Source: Paraphysomonas bandaiensis (Eukaryota; Protista; Chrysophyceae). Taken from it: DNA of 64,000 bases. Location of the stretch: contig CBFFRP010000431.1 of NCBI GenBank assembly GCA_965644295.1, forward strand, positions 310,001-374,000. Reading direction: 5' to 3'. This document shows positions 1 to 13,600 of this stretch, piece after piece. The position numbers and the translations under genes were made by a program. The notes below the pieces were generated by a model. That model searched no databases and was not told the DNA's origin. It saw nothing but the letters and a program-made list of their open reading frames with translations. The first letter of the stretch is position 1. The number at the start of each line of letters is the position of its first letter.

Positions 1-615
1 GAATGTTAGAATCTTGTATTGCATTTGTAAATCTCAGGGAATAAAATGTCAACACTTCTCTCACATCTTGTACACTGAGGATAGCGATTTTGAGCAATTA
101 AAAGCTGATACAGAATTATATGAAATATAATGACAAAGTATAAGATAGTGTAGACCATCTGAAATATATTTGACTGTGTAAGGTCGTGACTATCAGAGAT
201 CTGATAATATTGATTGGTAGTTGAGATGATATAAACTTGGAATTTAGTGAATGACAACGAACGATAAGTGACTTAAGTTTTAACCACATTAATGTCTTAT
301 ACTAATGTTGTATAAATATTGAAGTATTAGTGAATACCAGCTCTGGGGGTCCAGTCTGAGCAGAATTTCGACATCGAAATATAATCGACACATATACCGC
401 CCTATTTTGATTGGATTTTAACAATAGATACCATGATGACATTTATAAAACAAGGAACGATTATTACAATTACTACAATAAAATACAGAAATCTAAAATA
501 GATAGTGGAGGGCACTACCACCACAATATCAATGAGAAATATATTGTAGGAAATCACGGTGCCTTATAGGAAATGGCAGCTCAACCGCGTGCTACATATT
601 TATTAATCCAATAAT

Positions 616-960
616 CTACTCGGAAGAAGTACCAGTATTATTGAGAGAAGCTAAGCGCTTCTTGTTGCGTTTGGATATTTGTTGACGAGTACGCTCCTTT
701 TCTCCTTCTGTAAGCTGATCCCAATTCGCTATACGACGAAGAGTGCCATCCGGATTGACTATGATGGGACCAAACTCATCCATAGATACAGTTTCACCTA
801 TTTTAAATTGTTTTGTTGAAGAAGAATCATCGGAAGGAGGAGGAAGTTCAAGAATAGGCTCTATATGTGATGGATTATCTTGTATAGACTCTGATACATG
901 TTCCGCATAAGTTATGCTGTAGGACACTATAGTGATGAGGAATAGATATTTTAGTTGCAT
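616..960 (-). CDS. Small conserved uncharacterised protein with N-terminal signal peptide
   Basis: 114-aa ATG ORF with a hydrophobic N-terminus (MQLKYLFLITIVSYSITYA). The C-terminal block 'MDEFGPIIVNPDGTLRRIANWDQLTEGEKERTRQQISKRNKKRL' resembles, from memory, a conserved hypothetical family in fungi and algae. Confidence 0.75.
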   Translation of the reverse strand: MQLKYLFLITIVSYSITYAEHVSESIQDNPSHIEPILELPPPSDDSSSTKQFKIGETVSMDEFGPIIVNPDGTLRRIANWDQLTEGEKERTRQQISKRNKKRLASLNNTGTSSE

Positions 961-1676
961 TGATATGTATAATATAATTCAAGAGGTGTTGATATTATCA
1001 GATATGTGGTAGGTGTATATATGCATCTCATAGTAAGCCTTCCAGAACAGATATAGTAACCTATGGACTTATATGGACTTATCTACAGCTCCAGTATATA
1101 CCATTGTACAGCACATATATATGTATACCCAGCATACTGCTGTATCCCATATGGAGGTGGGAATACAGTCATATAGAGCCCAGTGATAATTGGGATAATC
1201 AGACTCTGTATTGAATTTCACAAGAAATTATTGTGATTTTTCTTTGTAACTGTAAAAAAGTATATCCAAAAAACGTTTTTTTTTTAATTTCAAAATTTTT
1301 TGTTGGATAAACATTCTAGTACAGTATTCCTATATGTAATCCACAACAATACAGCAGAGTACAGCAGTACAGTACAGTATAGTATATATTGAGCCATCAA
1401 ATCATATACTATGATATACCTACTGCTGTATATACTACATACAGCAGTAACCTCCACATGTCGAGCTCTCTACAGTAAATATCCATAAAAATTACTATGA
1501 GCCTTATTATTAAGATAAACTCTTATTTATATTCAATATCTCAGATAATGAATTCTTTCATTGAAGAATATTATTTAGTTATATGAATTTCTTATTATTT
1601 ATATGATTAATGATGTTTAATTTGTTTTAATCTGAGATATATATTCATAGCTGGGTAGTGACTGCTATTAGTAGTT

Positions 1677-4600
1677 ATGAGACTCTTTCCTGCTACCCCA
1701 CCATCAAAACCGAAGTCAGCAGGAAGTACAAGAAGCCCTCGCAGAAAGAAACTGGCGGCATCAAGAGATTCTGTGTCTCCTCAACGGTAATCCTAGAATA
1801 TCCACATCATATGCGTTTAATGAGCTCGGTGTAGAAGCAATCACCATACCGAGGAAACATCTGTTAGCGCAACAGATGGTATGATTATATTAGAATATAC
1901 AGTACAGAAGAAAGACAGGTATATGATACTACAATAAGTTCGCTTCCTTATGTACAACGAAACAGGCGGCTCTCTTTCGTTATACGTGAGTTTCCAAGAA
2001 CAGCTCGCTTCTTTTCAATCGATATTGTAGTTCTGAAAACCAACCAGAAGTGGTGTGTCTTTGTTCCGGTAACAGGGAACTTTGACGAACTATTGCGCAT
2101 ATGGAGCATAACTCCTAAGTATGAGAATAAGAGGGCCCTAGGAGAGTGGTTGCTCAGGGTCACCAAGCTTGAATTCAGTGGTGATACCATCACTGGAGCT
2201 GTTTTTGACACTCCTGCATTGCACGAAAAATGTGTACAAGAAATGACGAAGTTGGCTCATATATTCGCAACAAAAATACAAGCCATTTATCGCACGTATA
2301 GAATACGAAAAATATATAGCAAGATTGGGCACTGGGATGGGGATGAGTCATCAAAACGAAAATTTCCGGCATCGTCGTTGTCCAGTTCAGCTAAGTACAG
2401 TATAAAATCTCATCCGCATACTAGAAAGTATCCTACTTCTCCTCGAAGGCCTATTATTCCAAGTGAAGATATACGTACTTATCGCTCTTTGCGGTTCACT
2501 GGTTCAGATGGTGACGACACCTGGGAAAACAGCCCTACTCTTCGGTCCTCCACTGCTGGAGCCGTTCCACGGCGTCATAAGCCAGAAAGAAAGACAATGT
2601 ATAGAGTTTCCAGATCCCCAGATAGAGAAGAGTATGTCCATTCGAAGCTGATGATGGTGGCTGGGGCATACTCTCATCCGCCGACTGAAAAAAAAGTCAC
2701 TCCTCCAGCAGCAAAGAAAAGAGCAGCCATGTTGAAAGAACTTCAAAATCTCAAGACTGAAATGAGTGGGGCTCTAGAGGCAATCGAAGTTGAATTGGAA
2801 CAATTTAAAATGGACTGTGGTCGATCTATACACTCGATGAGATCCACCTTAGTCACAGATCGAGTAGAAAGCACAGGTGCGATTGAGAATATTACATCGC
2901 CAAATGAGGATAGCATTTTTTTGAAAATGGAGATATCTCAACTGCAGCAAGAGATTAATAAATTAAGTACTGAATTGAATAAGCACCAGAAAGTGAATTT
3001 AATCAACCCGAAGCTGGAGGTCAACCCAGAAGACCCTGTTCAGTGTAGCGCGTGGACATGCATTCAGCAGGCCCTCACGAGATATGCCAGACGACGAAGG
3101 TTTAGGCATAGAGTATATTATCTAGTACGTGTAATAAACGGAGCTACGGGTGGAGATTTAATACGCGAAGCTCTTCGAAAAAGTGTAGAGAGCGGGAGCG
3201 TAATTCTGGCAAATTGTGTCACTAGCAGGATCATTGATATTGTCCGACGACTTGGACACGAAGAGAATAACCACATTTCAAACTACAAGCCGACCAACCA
3301 GATTGATGTCAGAATGATATGCAACACGCTGATTTCATTTATAAGCATTCGAACTATCATTCAAAATGGGCTGGAAGTTTTTAATGTGATATCGTCATTA
3401 CCTAAAATCTTTGGCATGGTAGATATGCTGGGAGAGGCTGGAGTGTGCGATTTTGTACTTCTTGTACTGCGTCGCCATACAGAGTCTGCAGATATTACCT
3501 TTAATGCACTCAAACTATATCTGTGCCTGGTTTGTGACTCCATACTTAACAAAGAACGGATGTCATCTCCAGAGTGTTGTGAGGTTTTGGGGCGTGCTAT
3601 GACAAGACACTGTAGAGATGACAGCGTGGTGGAAAAATCGGTTATGGTATTGTGCGAATTGACAAGAGACTATAGTGTGGAGATATTTGATACTTTTAAA
3701 TTAACACGTCTTTGCTCTTGCGTGATTAGTTGTCTTCAAGTACAGCATAAAAATTCTGGAATCGTTTTTGTGATTTGTCGGGCTATTTCAACACTCACTT
3801 CTAGTTCATATTATTTGAAGGAATTTTTTGCATCAGGAGATTGTTTCAAATTGTATATAGATTGCTTGCTGGAGAATTATGGTGATGAGAAGTGTTACCA
3901 GGAAGTGGCGGTGATGATTACCTCAATATGTGAAAAGAATGCTAGTGTATGGGCTACTGTTTCGACCGAATACGTGGCTGTTTCGTTACATTCTATACTT
4001 CGATTACCTGATGTAAGTGAAGAGGTAGTTAAGATTACTGTTACACTTATTTATAAACTGTGTACATTGGAATCTTTACGGCTACTGTTTCTTTCAAAAG
4101 GAGTGGATAAAATTTTGCTAGATTTGTGCGATAGAAGTTTCGCCAGTAGTACAGTCTCTGGGATACAGCAAGCTCGATTCCGATTGCTGAATCGTTCCCT
4201 TACCCTTTCAGTCCACACAGGCACCACTGATTGTCAAGATGCGTCTTTTAAGCCGGTCCATTTGTCCCACAGACAGAGGTATCCTCCGATGACTGCTACC
4301 CAACAGCCGATCAGAACTCCTCAGGTTCGTTTTATTGGTGACGGTACGTGGTCGACAGCTGAACAAAAGGCTGCAGTGATTATTGGTAGAAGTCTCTGGA
4401 AAGTCGCAAAGAGAAGTGTTTTTGGAGCGAGTACCAGTGAGACAATTGAATCAGTGCAGAGTTGTAATGACACTCTGCAGTTATTGCGGTATCTGCGTCT
4501 TTGTGTTGTCACCGGCAATGTGGAATTAGCGAGAATTACTATGGAGAGGATTAAATGCATTATCGAACATGATAAAGTGGGTACGATTCAATTACAAATA

Positions 4601-7600
4601 GAACTGTTGAGAAAGCTGAAACATTTATTTGATGTAATGCTTGCTTTTTTGAGCATAGCCGACGTACAGATATATGGCCTTGAAGTTATGAAACTTCTTC
4701 CTCATGATGCTTCTTCCATTGCTTTGGCAGGGACATCCGGGGCGTGTAACCTTGTGTTTGCTGTTCTAAAGCGCCATATGGAAAATGTAACACTGTGTAG
4801 AATGTGCTTGCACTTTTCTTGTGTTTTGGTTAATGATAGTCCTGAGAATCGACAATCTATGGTAGAGTTCGATAATTGCCATATTTTGTCCGAACTAATT
4901 GGTTCACATTATAACGATGCAAGTGTAACCAAAGAGAGCTGTCATCTAATACAACATCTGTGTAGAGATTCATTGCAGTGTCGTGATTATATGGCAGTAG
5001 CTGGTGTCAGCGGGCAAATTCTGGACTATTTAACCGCAAATTCACGCAATGAAGATATTGTTGGTTCATGTGTGCGTACTATTATCAGTCTTTGTGGACA
5101 ACTCAGTGAACGTAATTGCTCTATCCTGGTGTCAGATCAGAGTCTTCACATATATAGCAAGTTACTACTGAACAATGTCGCTGATGCAGGTATATGTAGG
5201 CACATCTGCAAGTTACTTGCCGAATTCTGCGGAAATGAATATAAACCCTTGACTGAGAGATTAGTGAAGAGTAATTTGGCATCTGACTTGTGCAATGTGG
5301 TAGATAAGTTGCGCAAGGATAGATCCGTTGCAACTGAAAGTGTGCACAGTGTTCTGACGTTAGTTGCATGTTTGCTGTATAATTGCAACGACTTCAAAGA
5401 AAGATTCCGCGATGCTGGACTTTCAGATCACATAACTTACTTCCTCTCGGGATGGACGCGCAATATAGTACGTGTAGCCAAGGTAATATCGGGTTATCTC
5501 TCGTCAGTGAAAGGGTCCCTGGCTTCAGTATCATCGACGAGTGGCAGAACTGAATTCAACGAGTTTGATAGAGCCAGGGCATCAGTATGCATAACGAGAA
5601 ATATATCCAGACATCATCAACAGCGGAAGTTGGGTCTCGCTAGAGCGAAAAGCTGCACCCTCTTAAGAAACATCAGTATAGCTCAAGATGCCGAAATTAT
5701 TACGGATGGATTACGTACTTCTGTACTTGCTGGAGATGACAAGCTAGCATTGGAATCCCTGAAGCGTGTGAATGCACTGACAGATTCAAATGGAAGTGGC
5801 AATGTTGACTCTCCAATTGCGAAATATATCCGTCGTAATCCAGTTTTGATGTTGGATGTCCTCTTTGCTTTTCTCAGCTTCCCTAAAATCCAAAAACTTG
5901 GACTAGCAACCTTGCAACGATTGTTTGTAAGCAACCGTGACATCGAAAGAGTGGGGACTGCTGGTGCATGTGTTCTAGCCTATCGTGTACTGCATCGGCA
6001 CAGGATGGACTCGGATTTGTGTGGCTTATATCTGTCGTACGGTTTGACGCTATGTAGACCCAGTGCTGCAAACAGGAAGTTGCTTGGAAGTATTGATTCA
6101 TGCCGTGTCTTAAAGAATCTTATGGTGGCTAATAGTGAAAACTCGGATATAATGAGTGCAGTGTGCTCACTTGTACGTGTTGCCACTGACTCATTGGAGT
6201 GTCGAGATAATGTATTTAACGCGGGTATAACCTGTCTGCTGCTTGATTACCTCGATAGTAATAGCCAAGACACTGTAATCGTTGGTTTTTGTGTTCGCAC
6301 TATGCTTTTTCTGTGTGCACAAAATCATTCTCATAGTTGGGATGTGTTGGTGTCGGACCTAGCGGTAAGAAAGTACTGTCACATTTTGTGCGGCGCGTCC
6401 ACGACATCTGTACATAAAGATATGTGCATGCTTCTCGTAGGGTTGACGAAATACGACACTGGGCGCACCTGTGATTTATTAACTCGAAATGACTTCCCAT
6501 CAAAGATGGCAACCCTTCTGAAATCTTTGATGTCTCACGATTTCGTGGTTTCCACTCTAATGCTAGTAGTTCATTTTACTATCCAGTGTCCAAGCATGCG
6601 AATCGCGCTTTTAAAAGCTGATATGCTCAGTGCATTGCGTCGGTTTGTAGGAAGTGCATGGAGTTACTCGATTCGCAAAACCGCTACAGCTGGAATTCAT
6701 CAGCTGGAACAGCTGGAATTGAATGACGAATTATCTTGTACTCAACATGACGAGGAAATTTCCGAGTTGTCCCATATTGAAAGACAGACGAAAGCTGGTC
6801 GTACCATAGCCACAGCTATCACTAGATTTGCCAGGGCTAGGCGCAAGCAGTGTGAAATAATAAAGGCTGGACGTCAGCTCCAAGAGTGTTTGCATTCGAT
6901 AAGTACAGCTAATGATGTTACACTTATTTTCGATTCGTTGAAGTTGTCTCTGAACGTAGGAAGTTGCATCCATGTTTCAAATTCTCTTTCACGTCTTCAG
7001 TATTTGTGCGAAACCAAGAATGTTGATATTGTCGATGTAAACCGAAATGTTGAGATTATTCTAGATGTGATGTCATCTTTTCTGAGTCGTACAGACATCC
7101 AGCAATGTGGGTTTAGCATACTGCAGCATCTGCCATGCCACGAAGAAGATGTCAAAAGGATTGGTGAACTGAAAGGATGCGAACTACTGAGGTACATATT
7201 GCAGCGCCATCGACTAGATTCGAGTGTGTGTGTGACAGCGCTTCGCTATGGGTGCCGTTTGACATGTGAGTGCGCGGAAAATCAATATTTAATGTGCAAC
7301 TCTAAAATGTGTGAAGTTCTTTCGAGTCTGATGACGACACATTCTCTCAATATATCTCTGATGAATAGCACAAACACCCTCATAAGTAATCTATGCAAGA
7401 ATTCCCAGGAAAATCGTGCACTGATGTGTCGTTGTGGTATTTGTGGGCATGTTTTGAAATGTTTGGTTAACCACTCGCGAAATGAAGAAGTGTGTCGTCT
7501 ATGTGCTGGTACGATCACCAGTTTATGCACGGAGAATGATATGAACAGGGCTATTTTCGGATCATCACAAAGCATTGCGATTTATTTTCAAGTTATCATT

Positions 7601-10600
7601 GACAACGATAAGAATCCCCAAATATGTAAGGTGATGTGCAATTTGTTGCAGAGCATGTGTCGCGATGGAAGAGGTATCGTTGAGGAAGAGTTGTGTCAAA
7701 GTGGAATTGCATGTGAAATTGCGTCATTTCTATCTGCACATGAAGCAATATTGCATCCCGACATCGCCCAGGCCGTATTAATGCTGGCTGTTCACTTTGC
7801 TGTAAATATTCCTGAGCTTAGATCTGAGTTGCTCTCTGCTGGTATGGTGGAGGTATTCAAGTTATATTCCTCGAAGAAATGGAGCGATAAAATTAGAAAA
7901 GCGGCTATACGTGCCTGTAAAAGTATATCCCCTCAGGAAAACATTCTAAAGTGTCAAAAAGATTTAGAACTAGCGTCAAAGGAAGATCAGGAAGCTGCAA
8001 ATAAAATTGCCCGGGCTGCGTACATGCATGTACATTACAAACGTGAAAGAGAAAAATTTAGTGAAAATCGAACAAAGCTTGAATATCATATTAACCATGT
8101 AGGAGCCTATTCAGATTGTGCTACTCTCTCTCAGTGCCTTCAGTTCAGTGTTGAGTGCAGTAGCACTGTGTTGGCGTCAAAGACCTTCGCGAGACTACGA
8201 GTACTTTGTACGGAGGGGGAAACCGAAATTTCTCTTGACTTTCTGAAATTAATATTGGATACCATGGTCGTGTTTTTAAGTCGTACAGATGTTCAGCGTA
8301 GCGGATTAAGTATTCTACAACAGTCGACTGGAGATAGTAGTCAGTATGAAATTATAGGTAGATTAGGGGCATGTGATGTAGTGAACCTGATCCTCCTGCG
8401 CCATTCCTCAGATACAAGCTTGTGCACTTCATGTGCATCATATGCGGCCAATTTAATTTGCGGTTCCCCGAAGAACATACCGCTGCTGTGTTCCCAAAAA
8501 AGCTGTGAAATTTTGTCACGCATTATGAAAGCAAACTTTGTAAATACTAAACTCATGCACCATATATGTGTCATCGTGAGTGAACTGAGTACGTACTCTG
8601 CGGCCTTTAGAGAAATGCTTGGATGCAGTGGTGTGTGTGAATGTTTGGTATCGTTTTTACGTGCGAATCCCGGTGATGAATACTGTGTGGGTCTTTGCAC
8701 GAAGACTATTTTAAGTTTATGTGTTGGCGAACACCCCAACATTGTTGCATTTTCGTCAAGGGAATGTCTGCATATTTACTCTAATATATTAACCGAAAGT
8801 AGATCTAACCCGAAAATATGCAAGCATATGTGTATGTTACTGGCAACAGTGTGTGGCAATGGTGAAGGTATGGTGAGCGAAAGTCTCTGTGGTTGTAGAA
8901 TTGCTGCAGTTATAGCGAAGTTTTTATCGGATGATGATGGGGAGCTAAGCAGTGATGCTGCCCAAGCCGTACTGATGCTGGCTGTTCACTTTGCTGTGAA
9001 TGTTCCTGTGATGCGGTCTGAGTTACTCTCTGCAGGTATGGTGGAGGTATTCAAGTCATATTCCTCTAAGAAATGGGCCGACAAGATTCGAAAAGCAGCC
9101 ATGTTAGGCATTCGAAAAATTTCCCCATCAGTGACACCTATAAAGACGGCTCACGAGTTGAAGGAAGAGGCTGCGCTACAGGAGAGTGCAGCGAAAATAA
9201 TAACTCGCAGTGTCAATTATCACATTGCAGTGAAGCGGAAGAAGGAGATAATCAATAAGGTCAAGGCTGGCAGACAATATCATTTGAGTCAAATTGCCAG
9301 CTGCTGTAATGCTGACTCTATTTTAAACTATGTAGATTTATCTGTTGAGTGTGGAGACCACCAACTGGCATCGAAGGCTATGTCAAGATTGGTAGATATA
9401 ACGAGAAAGTGTAGTTCTGAGGTTCAGGAGAGGATTATTACGAGGATGCGTATAATTTTGGGTGGGATGTTCTCATTTTTAAGTATTAGTTCCGTACAGC
9501 GCAATGGCTTGACCCTGATTCACCATGTGTCTCCTTACGGCGTCGATGTTGCTGGTATATTAGGGGAGCACTGCGGATGTGATCTGGTACACGGTATTCT
9601 TCGCAGGCATGTGTCAGATTATATGCTCTGTACTTCCGCGCTTCATTTGTGGTGTGCATTGCTAGATAATTGTTCCGCATATCGGATACCAATGTGCAGT
9701 CCGAGATCTTGTGAAATCATTGCCAATCTCATGAAAACTCATCATGCTAGGACGACGGTAGTAAATCAAGTGTGTGAATTGATCTCCAAATTGAGTTCTT
9801 ATTCATCGAGTAACAGAGATGTCCTTGGACAATGTGGTGTATGCGGTTTTGTTATTACCTATCTTATGAATAATGTTGAGAACGAAGCAGCATGTGAGGC
9901 ATGTATCTCTGCTATTTCGAGCTTGTGTCGAGAGTATCACGAGCAGAATCGACTTATTCTTGGATCGTCAAAGCATATTTCCCTCTATGTAGAGGTCATT
10001 CGGGCTAACGTGCAAAATTCTAAAATTGTACATCTGATGAGCAACATTATCGAGATGGTTTGCGATAGAAACGATGCATTTGCTGCTAAGGAAGTATTTG
10101 AGAGTGGTGTTACCATGGAATTATCCAATATATTGCGGATTTCTGAGGAGATCGAACAGGACTCACTTCCTTTAGAAACGGCGGAGGCACTTGTCGTTCT
10201 TGTCGCATTTATACTTGTCAACTGTCCCATTACGAGACCGCAGTTTGCCTCCGTGGGCATGTCGTATATATTAGAGCAATACACCTGCGATAAATGGAAT
10301 GATGTAACTATCAATTTTGCAAAACTTGGAATCGGCAAACTGTACGGACATCGAACTTCAAATGTCAGTGCTGATTTAAAATGTGGCAGTCTAAATTCCT
10401 TTCGAAATAGTAGAAACATGGTAGAAGAAGATCGAACAATTGAGAAGTGTGTCATTGGGTCAAGCAGTCCTGATGCATATTCATTCGCAGAACAGTCGCA
10501 AAGCGTCTGCGATGATAACGATTTCCATGGAGGTGACCTTATGCGGAGTACTTCTGCGATATATCATATATTCGGAATAGATTCTACCGTTACAAGTGAG

Positions 10601-13600
10601 TTTGAAGATTGCCATTCCAGTGGCATAGAGAATTGTGCTATTCTAAATGCAGGTGAAAATTTTTACTGTAGATGATCTGCTGTGTATTTTATCCGATATC
10701 AGTGAAATATCTGTATAATGTAAGTCTAATTTGTAGATGAAGTTGTTGGGCTGGGAGACAGTGAGAAAGAACTATTGGTTGCTGTGAACGCTGCCACAGA
10801 AGAAAAAGTTATGGAATACTTACGTCTGGCAGTAACCTCTGGAAATTCGAAATTAGGTGAGTGGGCCGTCGTACGAGCTCATCACCTTAGCAGTGAAAAA
10901 ATGAACAGCTGTATACTCTCTAAACCTCGAGTATTGTTGGACGTTATGTCAGCTTTTCTTGGGTTAACAAATACAATTATTGCCAGTAAGGGTTTATCGA
11001 TTTTACGACGACTATCTTTCGGTCCAGGCGATACAACTAGCATTGGAAATGCAGGTGGTTTTGAAGTGATAAGTGCGATATTACAAATTCACTCGTCGAG
11101 CAGTGAGCTATGTATGGCATGTATAGATTTTGGGATACAGTTAGCGGAGGAATGTGTTCAAAATCGAATACAAATGGTTAAAGAAGGAGTATGTGAAGCC
11201 ATAGTATGTGTCAGGAATACACACAAGAATAGAAATGACATTGTTGGTAGGTGCTTCGTATTTGTGAGTGTATTATGCGCCGGATGCTCACTTGCACAAC
11301 GAAGATTTGGTGATGTGAATATTCACGACCACGTCATAAAGCACCTATTAACCAACATCCCCGACGAAGCTGTGGTCCATATGTGCGCGAATACGATAAT
11401 AAGTTTATGCGAGGATAGAAATACAGAATGCTTCAAAGTTTTAGCGGCAGCGAAAAATCTTCGTTTGTATTTTAATATCATACGTAAAAGTTTGTCAAAT
11501 ATAAGTATATGTTCGGATATGATTCGGGTCCTGTCCGCCCTGTGTGAGGAAGGGGGAGCTGTTATAAACAAAGAGTTGTGCGAAAGTGGTATAGGGACGA
11601 TGTTAGCTTCAGTTCTTTTTGGCGAGAAAGTTGGCCTTGTAGCTGATATACAAGAAGGGTTTGTTCTACTAACGGTGCACATTGCTACACATATACCCAT
11701 TATCCGCCCTGAGTTAACCGCTTCCGGTATGATCAACATACTGCAGCAGTATACAACAAATGAATGGGGCAGACAGATTCGAACTAAAGCACGTGAGGGT
11801 ATCGAATTGTTGTTAGCGGGGGTTGATTTGGTTACAACCTCAGTTGAGGTTACCGACGACGAACAGTTAGTGCTAGAATCCTTGCAGATAGCAGCGCGGG
11901 GTTCCAATTATAATCTTGCAATGAAAACAGTTTCGAAGATTATTATGTTGCTCTCACCGCTGGATGGAAACGTGCGTAGTTTGCCCCTTGGATGGGCACT
12001 TCTTAAAAATCCAAATTTTGTTGTGGATGCGATAAATGCCTACAAGGATAGCACCGAGTTGGTGGAGAAAGGGCTTTCCATCCTACGAAAGCTACCATAT
12101 AGCCCCAATGACTACTCCAGAGTTGGGGCAGCTGGTTGCAATAACGTGGTATGCTCGGTGCTACGGGCACATGTATCTGATCGTGATGTGTGTGGTACAG
12201 CGTTGATATACGGAATGACACTCACTGCTCAGAGTCTGGTGAACCGCGTTCATATGGGAAATGAGGGCATATGTGAAATTGTATTAGAGGCATGCAGAGC
12301 GCACAAACTCGAATCAACTGTTATGGATAAGTGCTTTGGGATAATGTCAACGCTGTGTGCAGATTGTCCACAAAATCAAAGCAGGTTGGGAGAGGGACAG
12401 ATATGTGATGTGTTCATAAAGCATTTGGTAGCGCATATTGATAATTCTGAAATAATAAGGACTTGTACGCATGCAATTATAGCTCTCTGCAACCGACACA
12501 ATGACAACAGGAAATTATTTGCTTCAGAAAAGTTTATTCTGCTGTGCATTCATGTTATAAAGACCAATCGCACTTCCCTTGACGTGTGCACGAGTATGTG
12601 TACAGTGATGACCAATTTGTTTGGATGTACAGATGAAATCGATTTAATTTTATGTCAGAGCGGAATCGCCCAGGAATTGTATGAAGTCCTGACAGATAAG
12701 GATGATAATAAGCTTGCTGCTGGTGTTGCATGCGAGATACTAGCAATGGTTGCCCATTTTTTGCAGCATGTTCCATGTATGCGATCTGAATTTGCGGCCG
12801 CTGGAATGGTGAGTGTGCTGAACATGTACCAAACTCGCGGAAATGATATGAGGACACGGGAGAGTGCTGACATTGGGATGCATTACTTAACTTCGAGGAT
12901 TGAATTTTTGCTTGATATTATTGATACGTGTATAGAACCGAATCTAATTTGTGAGTGCTTGAAAGTCGCAACAGGTAGCCGTAATGTGGTGCTTGGCTTA
13001 AGAGCAGTGCACAGAATTTACAACCTTACTGATTGTGACGACAGTTCGAACCCTGTAAATAGGGAATTGATATCGACTGTGCTGCAGTACTCTAGCTTAC
13101 TAACTAGTACAATGATAAACTTCTCACTGCGTGAAGACCTCCAGCAGAAAGGTATAGCGATATTACAGCGCCTACACTATGGCCCTGGAGATGTGGAGCG
13201 GGTTGGATCAACCGGTGCTGTTACAGCAATACGAAACATATTTCAAAGCTACATTACCAATGGGACGTTGTGTTCGGAATGCCTTGCTTATGGGACGAAA
13301 ATATCCTCGATGAGTTTAGGAGTGCGGATAGAAATGGGAACTGAAGGTATATGCGAGTGTGTTTGGAATGTATGCACAACACACAAGAAGGACTTAAAGC
13401 TAGTCGCCTTGTGTCTCAGAATGTTTTGCGCACTATGTACAGACTGTGTAGACAATCAAATCAGAATAGGCAGTGTTGAAACTTGTGCTCTAGTGTCGGC
13501 TCTGTTGAACGATAATATTCACAACGAATGGATGGTTGGTCTATGCTGTCACACTATTGCAAGTTTGTGTTCTGGGAGTAATGAGAAGATTTGCGATCAT

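Noticed and set aside
2-257. Gene fragment at the left edge
   Set aside because: Ambiguous: either the 3' end of a + strand CDS (frame open 2-130) or a 50-aa minus-strand peptide from ATG 158. No recognisable motif supports either.
10673-10775. Stop-codon readthrough or alternative genetic code joining the giant ORFs
   Set aside because: A canonical in-frame GT-AG intron explains the join, and other genes here end normally at TAA, TAG and TGA.
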